Shown in pieces: positions 18,523-28,935 of a stretch of 64,000 bases of DNA. The DNA is taken from positions 32,001 to 96,000 of the forward strand of contig CAWAPJ010000029.1 in the NCBI GenBank assembly GCA_963783885.1. The letters are read 5' to 3'. How positions within the stretch are numbered: position 1 is the first letter of the stretch; every line of letters starts with the position of its first letter. Below the pieces are notes generated by a model, which saw only the letters and a list, made by a program, of their open reading frames with translations, made no database searches and was not told where the DNA came from. The stretch is from Waddliaceae bacterium. Its GTDB lineage: Bacteria > Chlamydiota > Chlamydiia > Chlamydiales > SLFE01. Both the position numbers and the translations under genes were made by a program.

Positions 18523-19725
18523 ATGGAAAAGCTGTTAATCGATGAACTCGATATGAAGGGGAAAAAAGTTCTGATGCGCGTCGATTTCAACGTCCCTCTG
18601 AATGACAGAGGCGGCATTTCCGACGACACGAGGATAAAGGAAGCGCTTCCCTCGATCCAATATGTCCTCGATCATGGCAAAAGCCTCATATTGATGAGTC
18701 ATTTGGGAAGGCCGAAAGGAAAAGAAGAGAGATTTACTTTAAAGCCTTGCGCCAAAAGACTCTCCGAGCTTCTCGGAAAAGAGGTCAAAATGGCTCCTGA
18801 CTGCGTGGGAGGCGAAGTGGTCAAAATGGCGCAAAACTTAAAACAGGGCGACGTGCTGCTTTTGGAAAATCTCCGTTTTCATCAAGCCGAAACAAAACCT
18901 GAGTCCGATCCCGATTTTGCAAAAAATCTCTCTTGTCTTGCCGATATTTATGTGAATGATGCTTTTGGAACGGCCCATCGGAAGCACTCCTCGACATATG
19001 AAGTGGCAAAATATTTTCAAGGTTCGGCAGCGGCCGGCTATCTTATGAAAAAAGAAATTGACAATTTGGGAAAAGTTCTGAACAATCCCGCCCATCCCTT
19101 CTATGCGATCATCGGCGGAGTTAAGATATCGACAAAAATTGGGGTGATCTCTTCTCTTCTGGAAAAAGTAGACGGCCTGTTGATCTGCGGGGCCATGGCC
19201 CACACTTTTTTAAAGGGGAAGGGAATTGCAATTGGGGATTCCCTTTACGAAGAGGAATATCTCGATACGGCCTTTCAAATCATGGAAGAGTGCCGCGAAA
19301 AAAAAATCAAACTTATTCTTCCCGTGGATGTTCTTGCCGTCAGGGAAATTAAAGAAAAGCAGCAGCCTGTCGCTTTCGATTTGACAGAAGGGGGCGTTGC
19401 GAGCGGATATCAGGCCGTTGATATCGGTCCGAAAACCATCAAACTTTATAAGGACTCCCTTTCAGATGCCAAAACCGTTTTGTGGAACGGACCTGCCGGG
19501 ATATTCGAAATTCCCGAATTTTCCGAAGGAACGCGCGCTGTGGCCGAAATTTTGGGGTCGCTTAGGGCGGAAACCCTCGTTGGAGGAGGGGATTCGGTTT
19601 CTGCTGTCTCCTCACTGGGACTTGCGGGCAAAATGACCCACATCTCCACCGGAGGGGGCGCTGCCCTCGAATTTATTCAAAATGGCACCCTCCCCGGCAT
19701 TGAAGTCTTAACTGATAAGGTTTAA
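18523..19725 (+). CDS. pgk: Phosphoglycerate kinase
   Basis: RVDFNVPL, SHLGRP, LLENLRF, DAFGTAHR, GGGDS, HISTGGGA; GAGGTG RBS. Confidence 0.97.
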   Translation: MEKLLIDELDMKGKKVLMRVDFNVPLNDRGGISDDTRIKEALPSIQYVLDHGKSLILMSHLGRPKGKEERFTLKPCAKRLSELLGKEVKMAPDCVGGEVVKMAQNLKQGDVLLLENLRFHQAETKPESDPDFAKNLSCLADIYVNDAFGTAHRKHSSTYEVAKYFQGSAAAGYLMKKEIDNLGKVLNNPAHPFYAIIGGVKISTKIGVISSLLEKVDGLLICGAMAHTFLKGKGIAIGDSLYEEEYLDTAFQIMEECREKKIKLILPVDVLAVREIKEKQQPVAFDLTEGGVASGYQAVDIGPKTIKLYKDSLSDAKTVLWNGPAGIFEIPEFSEGTRAVAEILGSLRAETLVGGGDSVSAVSSLGLAGKMTHISTGGGAALEFIQNGTLPGIEVLTDKV

Positions 19726-19850
19726 ACCATTGATTATTAAATATTTTGGTAATATCCATTGCTTTAAAATCTCCCTCTTGAGATAATCGAAATCTCAGCA
19801 ATGTTTAAGTTGAGAATAATTCTCAAAACTTTGACCCCTGAAGGGAGTGA

Positions 19851-21404
19851 ATGTCGGGTTCGACAGAAGCAGAGTTTTCCGGATGGCGATCGTTTTTTTG
19901 GCCCATCCACAGTCATGAGCTTCGCAAGCTCCTCCCCATGCTGTTGATCTTATTTCTCATCACCTTCAATTACAACGTTCTTAGGACGATGAAAGACACT
20001 CTCGTCGTCGCTACCGGCAAGCATTCCGGTGCCGAAGTCATTCCGTTTATCAAACTCTGGATTATGTTTCCCTGCTCCATTTTGCTTACATATCTGTTTA
20101 CCAAGCTCACCAACAAATTGTCTCGAGAGTTTGTTTTCTATTCCATGATGTCGGTCTTTTTGATCTTCTTTGCTTTTTTTATCTTTGTGCTCTATCCCTG
20201 CAGAGAATTCATTCATCCGCACGAGTTTGCCGACAAGCTCCAAATGTTTCTGCCCGTGGGAATGAAGGGTTTTGTTGCGATGATCCGCAACTGGTCATTT
20301 TCAAGCTTTTATGTCATGTCCGAGCTTTGGGGGAATATTGTCCTCTTTTTACTTTTCTGGGGATTTGCCAATCAGATCACTCATCTTGGCGAGGCGAAAC
20401 GCTTCTACGCGATTTTGGGAATCGGAACAAACGTCTCGGGAATCATTGCGGGTCAATTCGCCGTGCAGATATCAAAAACCGAAATGATTTCGTTTATTCC
20501 CTACGGCAGCCGCCCATGGGACCAGCAAATGCTGGTTCTAGTCTCAATCGTTTTGATTTGCGGCATAGCCGCGATGGCCGTTTTCCGATGGATGCACACA
20601 CATGTTCTCGATACTGAAACCGGTGAGGCAATTGAGACGTCGAATGGAGAGGTCAAAGGGCGGATGTCGATGCGAGAAAACTTTTCTTATCTGTTTAAGT
20701 CGCGCTATCTGATGTATATTGCCGTCATCACAATAGCCTATAACATCATTATCAATCTCGTAGAAGTTCTGTGGAAACACCAGGTTCATGAACTCTATTC
20801 TAATCCAAGCGAGTACAATCTTTACATGAACCAGGTCATGGTGATTATCGGCATTCTGGCAACCATCACATCCTTTTTGGGCACCGGCAACCTAATACGA
20901 AGGTGCGGCTGGACCAAAACAGCTATGCTCACGCCGATTATCCTGCTGCTGACAAGCGTTTTCTTTTTTGGGCTGTTTTTTGCAAAAGAGTACTTTCTCG
21001 ATGGGGCTCAGGTTCTCTTTGGAACAGCGCCCATCGCCCTTGTCGTTTTTTTCGGCACCCTTCAAAATGTTTTGAGCCGGGGTGCCAAGTACACAATTTA
21101 TGATGCCACGAAAGAAGTGGCTTTTATCCCTCTAAGCTCAGAATCGAAAATTAAAGGCAAAGCCGCAATCGATGGAGTTTGCAATCGACTCGGCAAATCC
21201 GGGGGATCGGCGATTCATCAGGTCTTGCTGATTTCCTTCTCTACACTCTCTTTAAGCGCCCCTTACGTTGCCGGTTTTCTCCTCGCGATCATAGGGATTT
21301 GGATGGGAGCCGTATCCTCTCTTGGGAAACAATTCAACTTCCTGACCACCGATGAGGTCAAAACCCCTGCCGATTCAGACGCCGAACCTGTCTTACAAGG
21401 ATAA
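19851..21404 (+). CDS. Nucleotide transporter, NTT/TLC (ATP/ADP translocase) family
   Basis: FNYNVLRTMKD, YVMSELWG, FWGFANQIT, KGKAAIDGVCNRLGKSGG. Confidence 0.93.
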   Translation: MSGSTEAEFSGWRSFFWPIHSHELRKLLPMLLILFLITFNYNVLRTMKDTLVVATGKHSGAEVIPFIKLWIMFPCSILLTYLFTKLTNKLSREFVFYSMMSVFLIFFAFFIFVLYPCREFIHPHEFADKLQMFLPVGMKGFVAMIRNWSFSSFYVMSELWGNIVLFLLFWGFANQITHLGEAKRFYAILGIGTNVSGIIAGQFAVQISKTEMISFIPYGSRPWDQQMLVLVSIVLICGIAAMAVFRWMHTHVLDTETGEAIETSNGEVKGRMSMRENFSYLFKSRYLMYIAVITIAYNIIINLVEVLWKHQVHELYSNPSEYNLYMNQVMVIIGILATITSFLGTGNLIRRCGWTKTAMLTPIILLLTSVFFFGLFFAKEYFLDGAQVLFGTAPIALVVFFGTLQNVLSRGAKYTIYDATKEVAFIPLSSESKIKGKAAIDGVCNRLGKSGGSAIHQVLLISFSTLSLSAPYVAGFLLAIIGIWMGAVSSLGKQFNFLTTDEVKTPADSDAEPVLQG

Positions 21405-21510
21405 CTAACTCTTAACAAAATTAATTTAATTTTAGCGTTTTATAAGTTTATTTTTTAAGTTGATTTTAATTATTAAATGTGGTAATTTTTATTTTTAAGG
21501 ACTTGTTATA

Positions 21511-23091
21511 ATGAAAACAACAAAACAAGCGGAGTTTGGGCCTTTCAGGTCAATATTTTGGCCCTTTTACCGGCGTGAGCTAAAATTGGTCATTCCCATG
21601 ATGCTTATGCTCTTTCTTACCTGCTTTAATTATAGCATCCTTCGCAATCTGAAAGACGTTCTTGTGGTTACCGCGAAATCGTCGGGGGGAGCCGTAATTC
21701 CCTTCATCAAGGTCTGGGCTATGCTTCCCATGGCTGTACTTTCCGCCTATATTTTTACTAAGCTCTCCAACCGATACAGCCAGGAAAAAGTATACTACAT
21801 CATGGTTTGGGGATTTCTCATCGCCTATGTGACATTCGGCTTTATCCTCTATCCGATGCGCGAGAGCCTGGAACTTGTCGGGGTTGCCAGGTTTTTGGAA
21901 TCGATCCTTCCGACCGGGGCGCATGGCTTCATATCCATGATCAGGCATTGGTCCTTTACAATGTTTTACGTGATGTGCGAGCTTTGGTCCAGTATTGTTC
22001 TAACGGTTCTTTTTTGGGGTTTTGCCAATGAAATCACCAAAGTAAAAGATGCCCGCCGCCATTATAGCATTTTGGGCGTTGTCTCCAGTATTTCCGCCGT
22101 TATCGCCGGCTTATTGGGCCGCTATTTTTCGAGTCTTGAATACAACCCCAGCCTCCCTTTTGGCAGCGACGCCTTTGAACAGACCATTATGGAAGTTGTT
22201 TTGGCTGTCTTTGTTGTCGGCCTTTTCATTATGGGGTCGTTTTGGTGGCTCAATAAATATGCCCTTAATTCACCCGAGTATATTGACCTTCACCGATCAA
22301 ACCGCGCCTTCAGAATGAGGAAGAAGCAATCTTTAAGAGACAGCTTTACCTTCCTTGCCAAATCCAAATATCTCATCTGTATCGCCGTTATCGTTGTAGC
22401 GTATAATTTGTCGATCAACCTTGTCGAGGTTGTCTGGAAAGATCAATTAAAGAATCTTTATCCCAACCGGGATGACTACTTCATTTATTTGAGCAATGTC
22501 ACAATTCTTTTGGGAATCATTTCTTCTGCCGCTTCTTTTTTCATCGGGAAAATCATCGGACGGATCGGGTGGACAAAAACCGCCTTGATCACTCCCCTGG
22601 TCCTTTTGGCGACCAGCCTGGGATTCTTTGGATTCCTATTTTACCGTCAGTTCATGGTGGATACGACGATTTATTTTATGGGAATGACGCCGCTGGCTTT
22701 AGCCGTCATGTTCGGCGGGGCTCAAAACTGCCTTAGCAAGTCGGCCAAATATTCAATTTTCGATTCGACAAAAGAAATGGTCTTTATTCCACTGGACCAC
22801 GAGACCAAGCTCAAAGGGAAAGCCGCCATAGACGGAGTAGGTTCACGCCTGGGCAAGTCCGGAGGTGCAGTCGTCCATCAGGCGCTGCTTCTGATCTTTT
22901 CGTCGCTCACACAAAGCGCCCCTTATGTTGCCACTATCTTGATGGGAGTTATTTTTGTCTGGTTTGGGGCGGTCAAAGTACTCGGCCTGGAATTTGCCAA
23001 AATGGCTCTTGAGAGAAATGACACTTCTGAAGGGATCACTGACCAGATTAAATCCAAACCTCAGCTTGCAAAGTTAAGTCCTGAAAGCTAA
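21511..23091 (+). CDS. Second nucleotide transporter, NTT/TLC family (tandem paralog)
   Basis: FNYSILRNLKD, FWGFANEIT, KGKAAIDGVGSRLGKSGG. Confidence 0.93.
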   Translation: MKTTKQAEFGPFRSIFWPFYRRELKLVIPMMLMLFLTCFNYSILRNLKDVLVVTAKSSGGAVIPFIKVWAMLPMAVLSAYIFTKLSNRYSQEKVYYIMVWGFLIAYVTFGFILYPMRESLELVGVARFLESILPTGAHGFISMIRHWSFTMFYVMCELWSSIVLTVLFWGFANEITKVKDARRHYSILGVVSSISAVIAGLLGRYFSSLEYNPSLPFGSDAFEQTIMEVVLAVFVVGLFIMGSFWWLNKYALNSPEYIDLHRSNRAFRMRKKQSLRDSFTFLAKSKYLICIAVIVVAYNLSINLVEVVWKDQLKNLYPNRDDYFIYLSNVTILLGIISSAASFFIGKIIGRIGWTKTALITPLVLLATSLGFFGFLFYRQFMVDTTIYFMGMTPLALAVMFGGAQNCLSKSAKYSIFDSTKEMVFIPLDHETKLKGKAAIDGVGSRLGKSGGAVVHQALLLIFSSLTQSAPYVATILMGVIFVWFGAVKVLGLEFAKMALERNDTSEGITDQIKSKPQLAKLSPES

Positions 23092-23230
23092 GACATATAG
23101 AACTAATTTTTTATTTTATCCCCCCTTTATGTTATCTCTAAGTTAGATTTACTCTATTTTTATCAAGCCTCAAGACATCATCTTTTTCAGAAGAGAAAAA
23201 CAAATTAACAAATCCTTTAAGGAGTTTTAT

Positions 23231-23644
23231 ATGAAAAAGCGAAATTTGAAAAAAATCGCCTTGGCAGGGCTTGCCAGCGGAATTTGCATGATTAATTCGG
23301 CAAACGCCGGATATATTAATGCCGATGTGAATAACAATTCTATGAACCATCAGGCTCCTATGACATCGCAGCAGCTAAGATCGCAGCTGAATCCGGCAAC
23401 TCAAAAACTTTACGATACTATGAGTTCAGAAGGAAAAGCTTTAGCCCTTAAACTTGCGAATCAAAGCTGCAAGGGCCAAAACAGTTGTAAAGGACTCAAT
23501 TCCTGTAAAACCGATCATAACTCCTGCGCAGGCCAGGGCGGCTGCAAAGGAACGTCCAAAGGACCTTTCCAAGATAAGAATATGGCTGTAAAAACTGCTG
23601 CTAAGCATATGGCCGAAAAAAGAAACGGAGCCGTGGAACAGTAA
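23231..23644 (+). CDS. Secreted Cys-rich bufferin (BufA2)-like precursor, distal paralog of 34370-34810
   Basis: Signal peptide MKKRNLKKIALAGLASG...ANA; core CKGQNSCKGLNSCKTDHNSCAGQGGCKG; AAGGAG RBS. Confidence 0.8.
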   Translation: MKKRNLKKIALAGLASGICMINSANAGYINADVNNNSMNHQAPMTSQQLRSQLNPATQKLYDTMSSEGKALALKLANQSCKGQNSCKGLNSCKTDHNSCAGQGGCKGTSKGPFQDKNMAVKTAAKHMAEKRNGAVEQ

Positions 23645-23650
23645 TTACTC

Positions 23651-23680
23651 GATTTGGGGGGGGGATTCTCCCCCCAAATC
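23651..23680. terminator. Hairpin terminator between the convergent precursor gene and gabD
   Basis: GATTTGGGGGG...CCCCCCAAATC stem. Confidence 0.7.
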
Positions 23681-23685
23681 AATTT

Positions 23686-25050
23686 TCATGCTCGAAGAGA
23701 GACGCACTTTTCTACAAGGTACTCGTCAATGCCTTCTGGACCCCCTTCCCGTCCAAGGCCCGAATTTTTGATTCCCCCAAAGGAGAGTGACGGTGAGCTG
23801 GGGAGCCCATCGTTTATGCCAATAATGCCAAATTGCAAAGTATCCATGGCCCTGTAGGCTCTTTCGAGGCTTTGGGTGAAAAGATAGGATGCAAGGCCGT
23901 AAGGAGTGTCATTGGCCATTCGATAGGCGTCGTCATCACTGGAAAATCGGATAAGAGGGGCGACAGGCCCGAATGTTTCTTCGCGGCAAACCAGCATTTG
24001 GCTGTCGACATCAGTGAGAACGGCCGGGTCGTAAGGGTTTTTTCCTTTTAAAAGGGCTTTGGCTCCGTTTTTAAGCGCATCTTCGATTTGTTTCGGAACT
24101 TTATCGAGGACGCTCGGGTGCAAGACATTTGTCAGGTCGGTTTCAGGGTCATGCGGGTCGCCGACTTGCAGTTTTTTGACAGCATCGACAAATTTTTTGG
24201 CAAAAACATCATATATGGCCTCGTGGACAAAGATTCTGTTTGCGGCAACGCAGGACTGACCATTGTTGCGGAATTTTGCAATCACCGTTTGCGCGGCTGC
24301 AAGGTCAATATCGGCGTCGTCAAAGATAATGACAGGAGCGTGGCCACCCAGTTCAAGCGACAGTTTTTTGAGCGTAGGAGCCGAGTGTTCATAGAGATAC
24401 TTGCCGACAGCAGTGCTTCCGGTAAAGCTGATTTTTTTGATTTTAGGAGATTCAAGAAGCGCTTTGCCGATCTCTTTTTCATCTCCGAGAACGACATTGA
24501 CGACGCCGGGAGGAATGCCGGCTTCTTGACAGGCGAAAGCGGTGAAGAGGGCGCTTTTTGGACACTCCATTGCAGGTTTGAGGACAAGAGGGCAGCCGGC
24601 GGCAAGGGCTGCTGCTACTTTCCTTGCCGGCATGGCAAGGGGAAAATTCCATGGGGTGATGAGTCCCGAGACGCCTACCGGAGTTTTGAGAAAATGGAGG
24701 GTTTTCTCTCTGTCTGGAGAGGACAGCTGCCTTTGGTATATCCTTTCTGCCTCTCCAGCAAACCAATGAAAAAACCCCGCTGAGTATGCGGCCTCGGCAA
24801 GCCCGTCCTTTCTGGTCTTGCCCATTTCTGCTGTCATGATTTTTGCCAGCTCAAGGCGGTTACCAATAATCAGATCGCCGATTTTGCGGAGAATGCGCGA
24901 TTTTTCCTGCGGAGGCGTCTGCTTCCACCCCTCAAATGATCTTTCTGCGCAGTCGATAGCTTTTTCTACCGCTCCGACGGGAGAAATTTCCCCGTAGATG
25001 AAGGATCCCTGTTCTCTTAAGTTGAAAAAAGTCTGCATCTTGATCGACAT
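23686..25050 (-). CDS. gabD: NAD(P)-dependent succinate-semialdehyde dehydrogenase
   Basis: ITPWNFP, FTGST, LELGGHAP, NGQSCV, EETFGP, FGGIKNSGLGREG. Confidence 0.85.
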   Translation of the reverse strand: MSIKMQTFFNLREQGSFIYGEISPVGAVEKAIDCAERSFEGWKQTPPQEKSRILRKIGDLIIGNRLELAKIMTAEMGKTRKDGLAEAAYSAGFFHWFAGEAERIYQRQLSSPDREKTLHFLKTPVGVSGLITPWNFPLAMPARKVAAALAAGCPLVLKPAMECPKSALFTAFACQEAGIPPGVVNVVLGDEKEIGKALLESPKIKKISFTGSTAVGKYLYEHSAPTLKKLSLELGGHAPVIIFDDADIDLAAAQTVIAKFRNNGQSCVAANRIFVHEAIYDVFAKKFVDAVKKLQVGDPHDPETDLTNVLHPSVLDKVPKQIEDALKNGAKALLKGKNPYDPAVLTDVDSQMLVCREETFGPVAPLIRFSSDDDAYRMANDTPYGLASYLFTQSLERAYRAMDTLQFGIIGINDGLPSSPSLSFGGIKNSGLGREGGPEGIDEYLVEKCVSLRA

Positions 25051-25199
25051 ATAGAAACCAAAAGCCTATATGTCAATGATGATTTTTGCGTTCTCTAACA
25101 GCAACTTAGAGAGGCAGACATTTGAGACATGGTCGCTAATACAAAAAAAAACATGAATTTTTATTTAAAAATCGTTATTTGTAGTTTTGAGGGCAAGTT

Positions 25200-25412
25200 G
25201 TGAATTTGATCAAGTTTATTTCACAAATCGGCAATGTCATTATCATCGGGCTTTCGATTTTTCTCGGAGGTATGATATTCTACCTCTACAGCGATAATGC
25301 GACATTCGGGGAGAAGCTGGCTTATTCGGTGATTTTCGCCGCAGCGATCTTCACTCTCTTCTATACTTTTAAGATAACAGTTATTTGGTTCATTAAAGCC
25401 TTAAAAAAATAG
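25200..25412 (+). CDS. Small two-TM membrane protein
   Basis: 70 aa, GTG start after GAGGG, two hydrophobic segments. Confidence 0.55.
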   Translation: MNLIKFISQIGNVIIIGLSIFLGGMIFYLYSDNATFGEKLAYSVIFAAAIFTLFYTFKITVIWFIKALKK

Positions 25413-25474
25413 ATTCAATAATCAAAATCAATTACAATATGGAATTACTAGAATAAATCAATTTTTGAGGGAAA

Positions 25475-27469
25475 ATGGCTCGCCGATTCATTTTTATATT
25501 AATTACTTTTTTTGTTCCTTTTGCGGCATATGGAAAACCTCCGGTTATCAATGCCAAGGAAGCTCATGAGAAACTCGAAGAGATTATGAGCACCCACGTT
25601 TCGCAAAAGAAGCTGACTCCCGAGATTGTCAAAAGAGCTCTTGTCAATTTTATCGACGAGTTGGATCCCACAAAAACATATTTTATCGAATCCGACATTC
25701 AGAAGTGGATCGACCCTTCCGACAAACTGGTGGCCGAAGTAGAAGATAATGTGAATCACTCCGACTTCTCAAACTTCAACGCCATTTACGATGTTATGAT
25801 CAACGCTATTGAAAGGCGCGACAGGCTCGAAGCAATGATAGACGAGTCTTCGCTTCCTGAAAAAGTCGACGCCAATAAGTTTAAGGATATGGATTGGGCA
25901 AAATCGGAGCAGGAGCTCTTGACTCGAATCATGGAGGTAAAAGCCCTTCAGCTTCAGGCGGCGCGGAAGTTGACCGACGAGCTTCAGGAAAAATCGCTGC
26001 AAAGAATCAACAAGCAGAGGCAAAAATACGAGGAAGAAATCCTTAATTACAATCCGACATACCGAAGAGAGCTCATTTTATCGAAAGTTTTAAAAGCCTT
26101 TGCTTCCTCTCTTGACTCCCATACCGCCTACTTCACGCCCGAAGAAGCGCAGCAGTTTTTGATCAATGTACAGCAACGCCTTTTCGGCATAGGAGCAGCC
26201 CTTCGCGATGATATCAATGGTTTCAGGGTCATAAAAATTATCGAAGGGGGCCCGGCGGATCGAGAGGGAGAGTTGAAAGTTGATGATCTGATCATTGCTG
26301 TAAATGGAGAACCGGTTGTGGGAATGAGCATCACCGATGCCGTCAGCCTGATCAGAGGGGAAGAAAATACACCTGTGACCCTGACAGTTCTTAGGGACAA
26401 GAAAGAAGACGACAAGGTGGTCGATCAGAAAACCCTCGACATTACCGTGATCCGAAATGAAGTGGTTTTAAAAGAGAGCCGTTATGAGGCCACCTACGAG
26501 CCTTTTGGAAACGGTGTGATCGCCTATCTCAAATTATTTTCCTTTTACCAGGATCCCGAAAGTTCTTCCGCGGCTGATCTGACTCGCGAACTGGAGAAGA
26601 TTAAAAAGGATCATAAAGTTCTGGGGGTCGTTTTAGACCTTCGCAATAACTCCGGGGGAATGCTGTCACAGGCTGTGGCGGTGACAGGGTTGTTCATTAC
26701 CAAGGGAGTTGTTGTTTCCATTAAAGACGATTCGGGTAAAATCCAGCATCTTCGCGATTTAGACGGCAAAACAATCTGGAATGGTCCGCTTATAGTGATG
26801 GTCAATCGCGCGAGCGCATCTGCTTCCGAGATCGTGGCGGGAACGCTACAGGATTATGGCCGCGCCATTATTGTTGGAGATGACCACACTTTTGGAAAAG
26901 GGTCGTTTCAAACCTTTACACTGAATGCCTCGGGCCAAGGAGAAGTGAATCCGGAAGGAGAGTACAAAGTAACAAGGGGCCGCTATTATACTGTATCCGG
27001 AAGAAGCCCTCAGCTTGTAGGTGTTAAATCGGATATCGTGGTTCCGGGAATACTTTCGGAATCGGAAGTTGGCGAGCAGTATGCCAAATACCCTCTTGCC
27101 AACGCCAGCATTGAGCCGAGCTTTGATGACGACCTCTCGGATGTTCCCTTCTTTCAAAGGGCTAAAATTACGAATCTGTATAAATTCAACCTGCAGCCGA
27201 AACTTCATGTCTATGACAAGTACATCCCTATTTTGAAGAAGAATTCCGAGGAGCGTATCGCAGGCAACAAAAACTATCAGGCTCTGCTCGAAGAGGTCAA
27301 GAAGAAGGATTTGAATTTTGACGAGGACAAAGAAGCCGGATGGGGAAAGAACGACCTTCAGCTGACCGAGGGAATGAATATCATGAAAGATTTGATCATG
27401 CTTCAAAAGCTGCAGGCAGTCGATAAAGAAGAGAATGAAGCTCAGGAGCCCGCGGCTATTGGAGCGTAG
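25475..27469 (+). CDS. tsp: Tail-specific (S41) protease with PDZ domain
   Basis: Signal peptide, GIGAAL PDZ entry, DLRNNSGG, SASASEI, FGKGS. Confidence 0.93.
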   Translation: MARRFIFILITFFVPFAAYGKPPVINAKEAHEKLEEIMSTHVSQKKLTPEIVKRALVNFIDELDPTKTYFIESDIQKWIDPSDKLVAEVEDNVNHSDFSNFNAIYDVMINAIERRDRLEAMIDESSLPEKVDANKFKDMDWAKSEQELLTRIMEVKALQLQAARKLTDELQEKSLQRINKQRQKYEEEILNYNPTYRRELILSKVLKAFASSLDSHTAYFTPEEAQQFLINVQQRLFGIGAALRDDINGFRVIKIIEGGPADREGELKVDDLIIAVNGEPVVGMSITDAVSLIRGEENTPVTLTVLRDKKEDDKVVDQKTLDITVIRNEVVLKESRYEATYEPFGNGVIAYLKLFSFYQDPESSSAADLTRELEKIKKDHKVLGVVLDLRNNSGGMLSQAVAVTGLFITKGVVVSIKDDSGKIQHLRDLDGKTIWNGPLIVMVNRASASASEIVAGTLQDYGRAIIVGDDHTFGKGSFQTFTLNASGQGEVNPEGEYKVTRGRYYTVSGRSPQLVGVKSDIVVPGILSESEVGEQYAKYPLANASIEPSFDDDLSDVPFFQRAKITNLYKFNLQPKLHVYDKYIPILKKNSEERIAGNKNYQALLEEVKKKDLNFDEDKEAGWGKNDLQLTEGMNIMKDLIMLQKLQAVDKEENEAQEPAAIGA

Positions 27470-28835
27470 TTTCGAAAAAGGCGTTCAGATTTTTTAGAGG
27501 GATGGATTTCGCTTTTTCTAACAATTCCTTTTTGGCTTGAGAAGAGCCGATAGTTCCAAGGTGGGAAAAAGCCATAAGCAAAATTAACCGGTCATATTGG
27601 AAAAAATATTTTTTGACATCGTTGACAATGTCATTTAGGTTTGATGAACTGATTTGCGAAGCGTAATGTTTTTTTTGAGTGTTGACTAAGCTGAGGAAAT
27701 TGTTCAGCTGGCTGAATGAGACCTCCGCTATTTCATAAAGAATTTCATGTATAAAATCGGTATCGCTCAAATTGTCGAATAATGGACATAGGAGCTCTTG
27801 GTATTTTAGAATGAAATCTTCTCCAATTTTCGCGACGCCTTCGAGAATCTTCGGAATTTGTCTCGTAGGTAGATTGTATTGGTCAGCGAAAGCCTTTGCT
27901 GATTGGTGAAATTTGTCGAATATCTCCACCAGTTCATTGCGTTCGTATTCATGTTTTAGGGCAAACAAATCGAGATAGTCATAAAAGGCATCTCGATTTT
28001 TGGCGTGCCGTAAGACGCATTGGATCACCTTTTTTTGTTGGTATTTCGGCAGACGGGCAACCATATGAAGAAAGTAATCAACCTCTTTCATATTACGGTT
28101 GCAGAATTTAGGATAGTTTTTCATCGCTTCCGGACAAAAGAGGCCCTTATGTTCATATTGGCTGATAAACCACAGGATATCACCTCTTAGCTTCTTTTCT
28201 TGAGGCTCCAGGCTTTCATAAGTCAAAAGAATTCGTTGCACATCGGTTCCAGACATTGTGTTATCGAGAAGGTTATAAGCGCAATTGACGGCCATCTCCG
28301 GATCGGAAAGGTAATTGACGCATGCCAGAATTTCTGCGATGTCTTTTCCCTTCATGTTTATGTGGGTCAGCCAAAAGACAAGCTTAGCAGTTTCTTCTCT
28401 TTTAGAAGCCGGCAGTTTAGAGACAGCCGCGAGAATCGCTTCGACATCGGCTCCGTTTAGATGCTGCCGAATTAAATATTTGGCTGCCATCATAGTGAGT
28501 TCTTTTTCTCCGAAACTTTGGTAAAAGAGCGCAGTTATCTTCTTGAGGATGGAATAAAAGTAAGAATCATCGGATAAATTTTTGTAGGCTTTAATGATTA
28601 TGTCCAAATCTTTTTGATTCATAGAATTGGTTGTGAGGGGAGTGATACGCCTAGCCGTGAGAAGCAATTGGTTGGAAAGACGGATTTCGCCGGAAAGGAG
28701 AATTCGCAGAGCAATCCTGACAGTCTGAGGGTTCGGGTTGTCAGGCATTATGCTCGTAATCTTGCTAATAACTTCATTCTCTAACGGCTTGTCAGCAGAT
28801 GGCAAGCATATATAATCTAAGGTATTCGTATTCAT
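27456..28835 (-). CDS. Hypothetical helical-repeat protein, paralog of 36035-38218
   Basis: 459 aa; recurring MxGxDVxxIL units; shares C-terminal blocks with 36035-38218. Confidence 0.7.
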   Translation of the reverse strand: MNTNTLDYICLPSADKPLENEVISKITSIMPDNPNPQTVRIALRILLSGEIRLSNQLLLTARRITPLTTNSMNQKDLDIIIKAYKNLSDDSYFYSILKKITALFYQSFGEKELTMMAAKYLIRQHLNGADVEAILAAVSKLPASKREETAKLVFWLTHINMKGKDIAEILACVNYLSDPEMAVNCAYNLLDNTMSGTDVQRILLTYESLEPQEKKLRGDILWFISQYEHKGLFCPEAMKNYPKFCNRNMKEVDYFLHMVARLPKYQQKKVIQCVLRHAKNRDAFYDYLDLFALKHEYERNELVEIFDKFHQSAKAFADQYNLPTRQIPKILEGVAKIGEDFILKYQELLCPLFDNLSDTDFIHEILYEIAEVSFSQLNNFLSLVNTQKKHYASQISSSNLNDIVNDVKKYFFQYDRLILLMAFSHLGTIGSSQAKKELLEKAKSIPLKNLNAFFETTLQ

Positions 28836-28935
28836 TTTTCAAAACTATAGCAGATTAGTTTTTTTTGCGGTAATTGACATTCCTTTTTTTTAGCAGAGAT
28901 GCTATACTTTTTCTAAACCAAAGGATTTTTTTATT

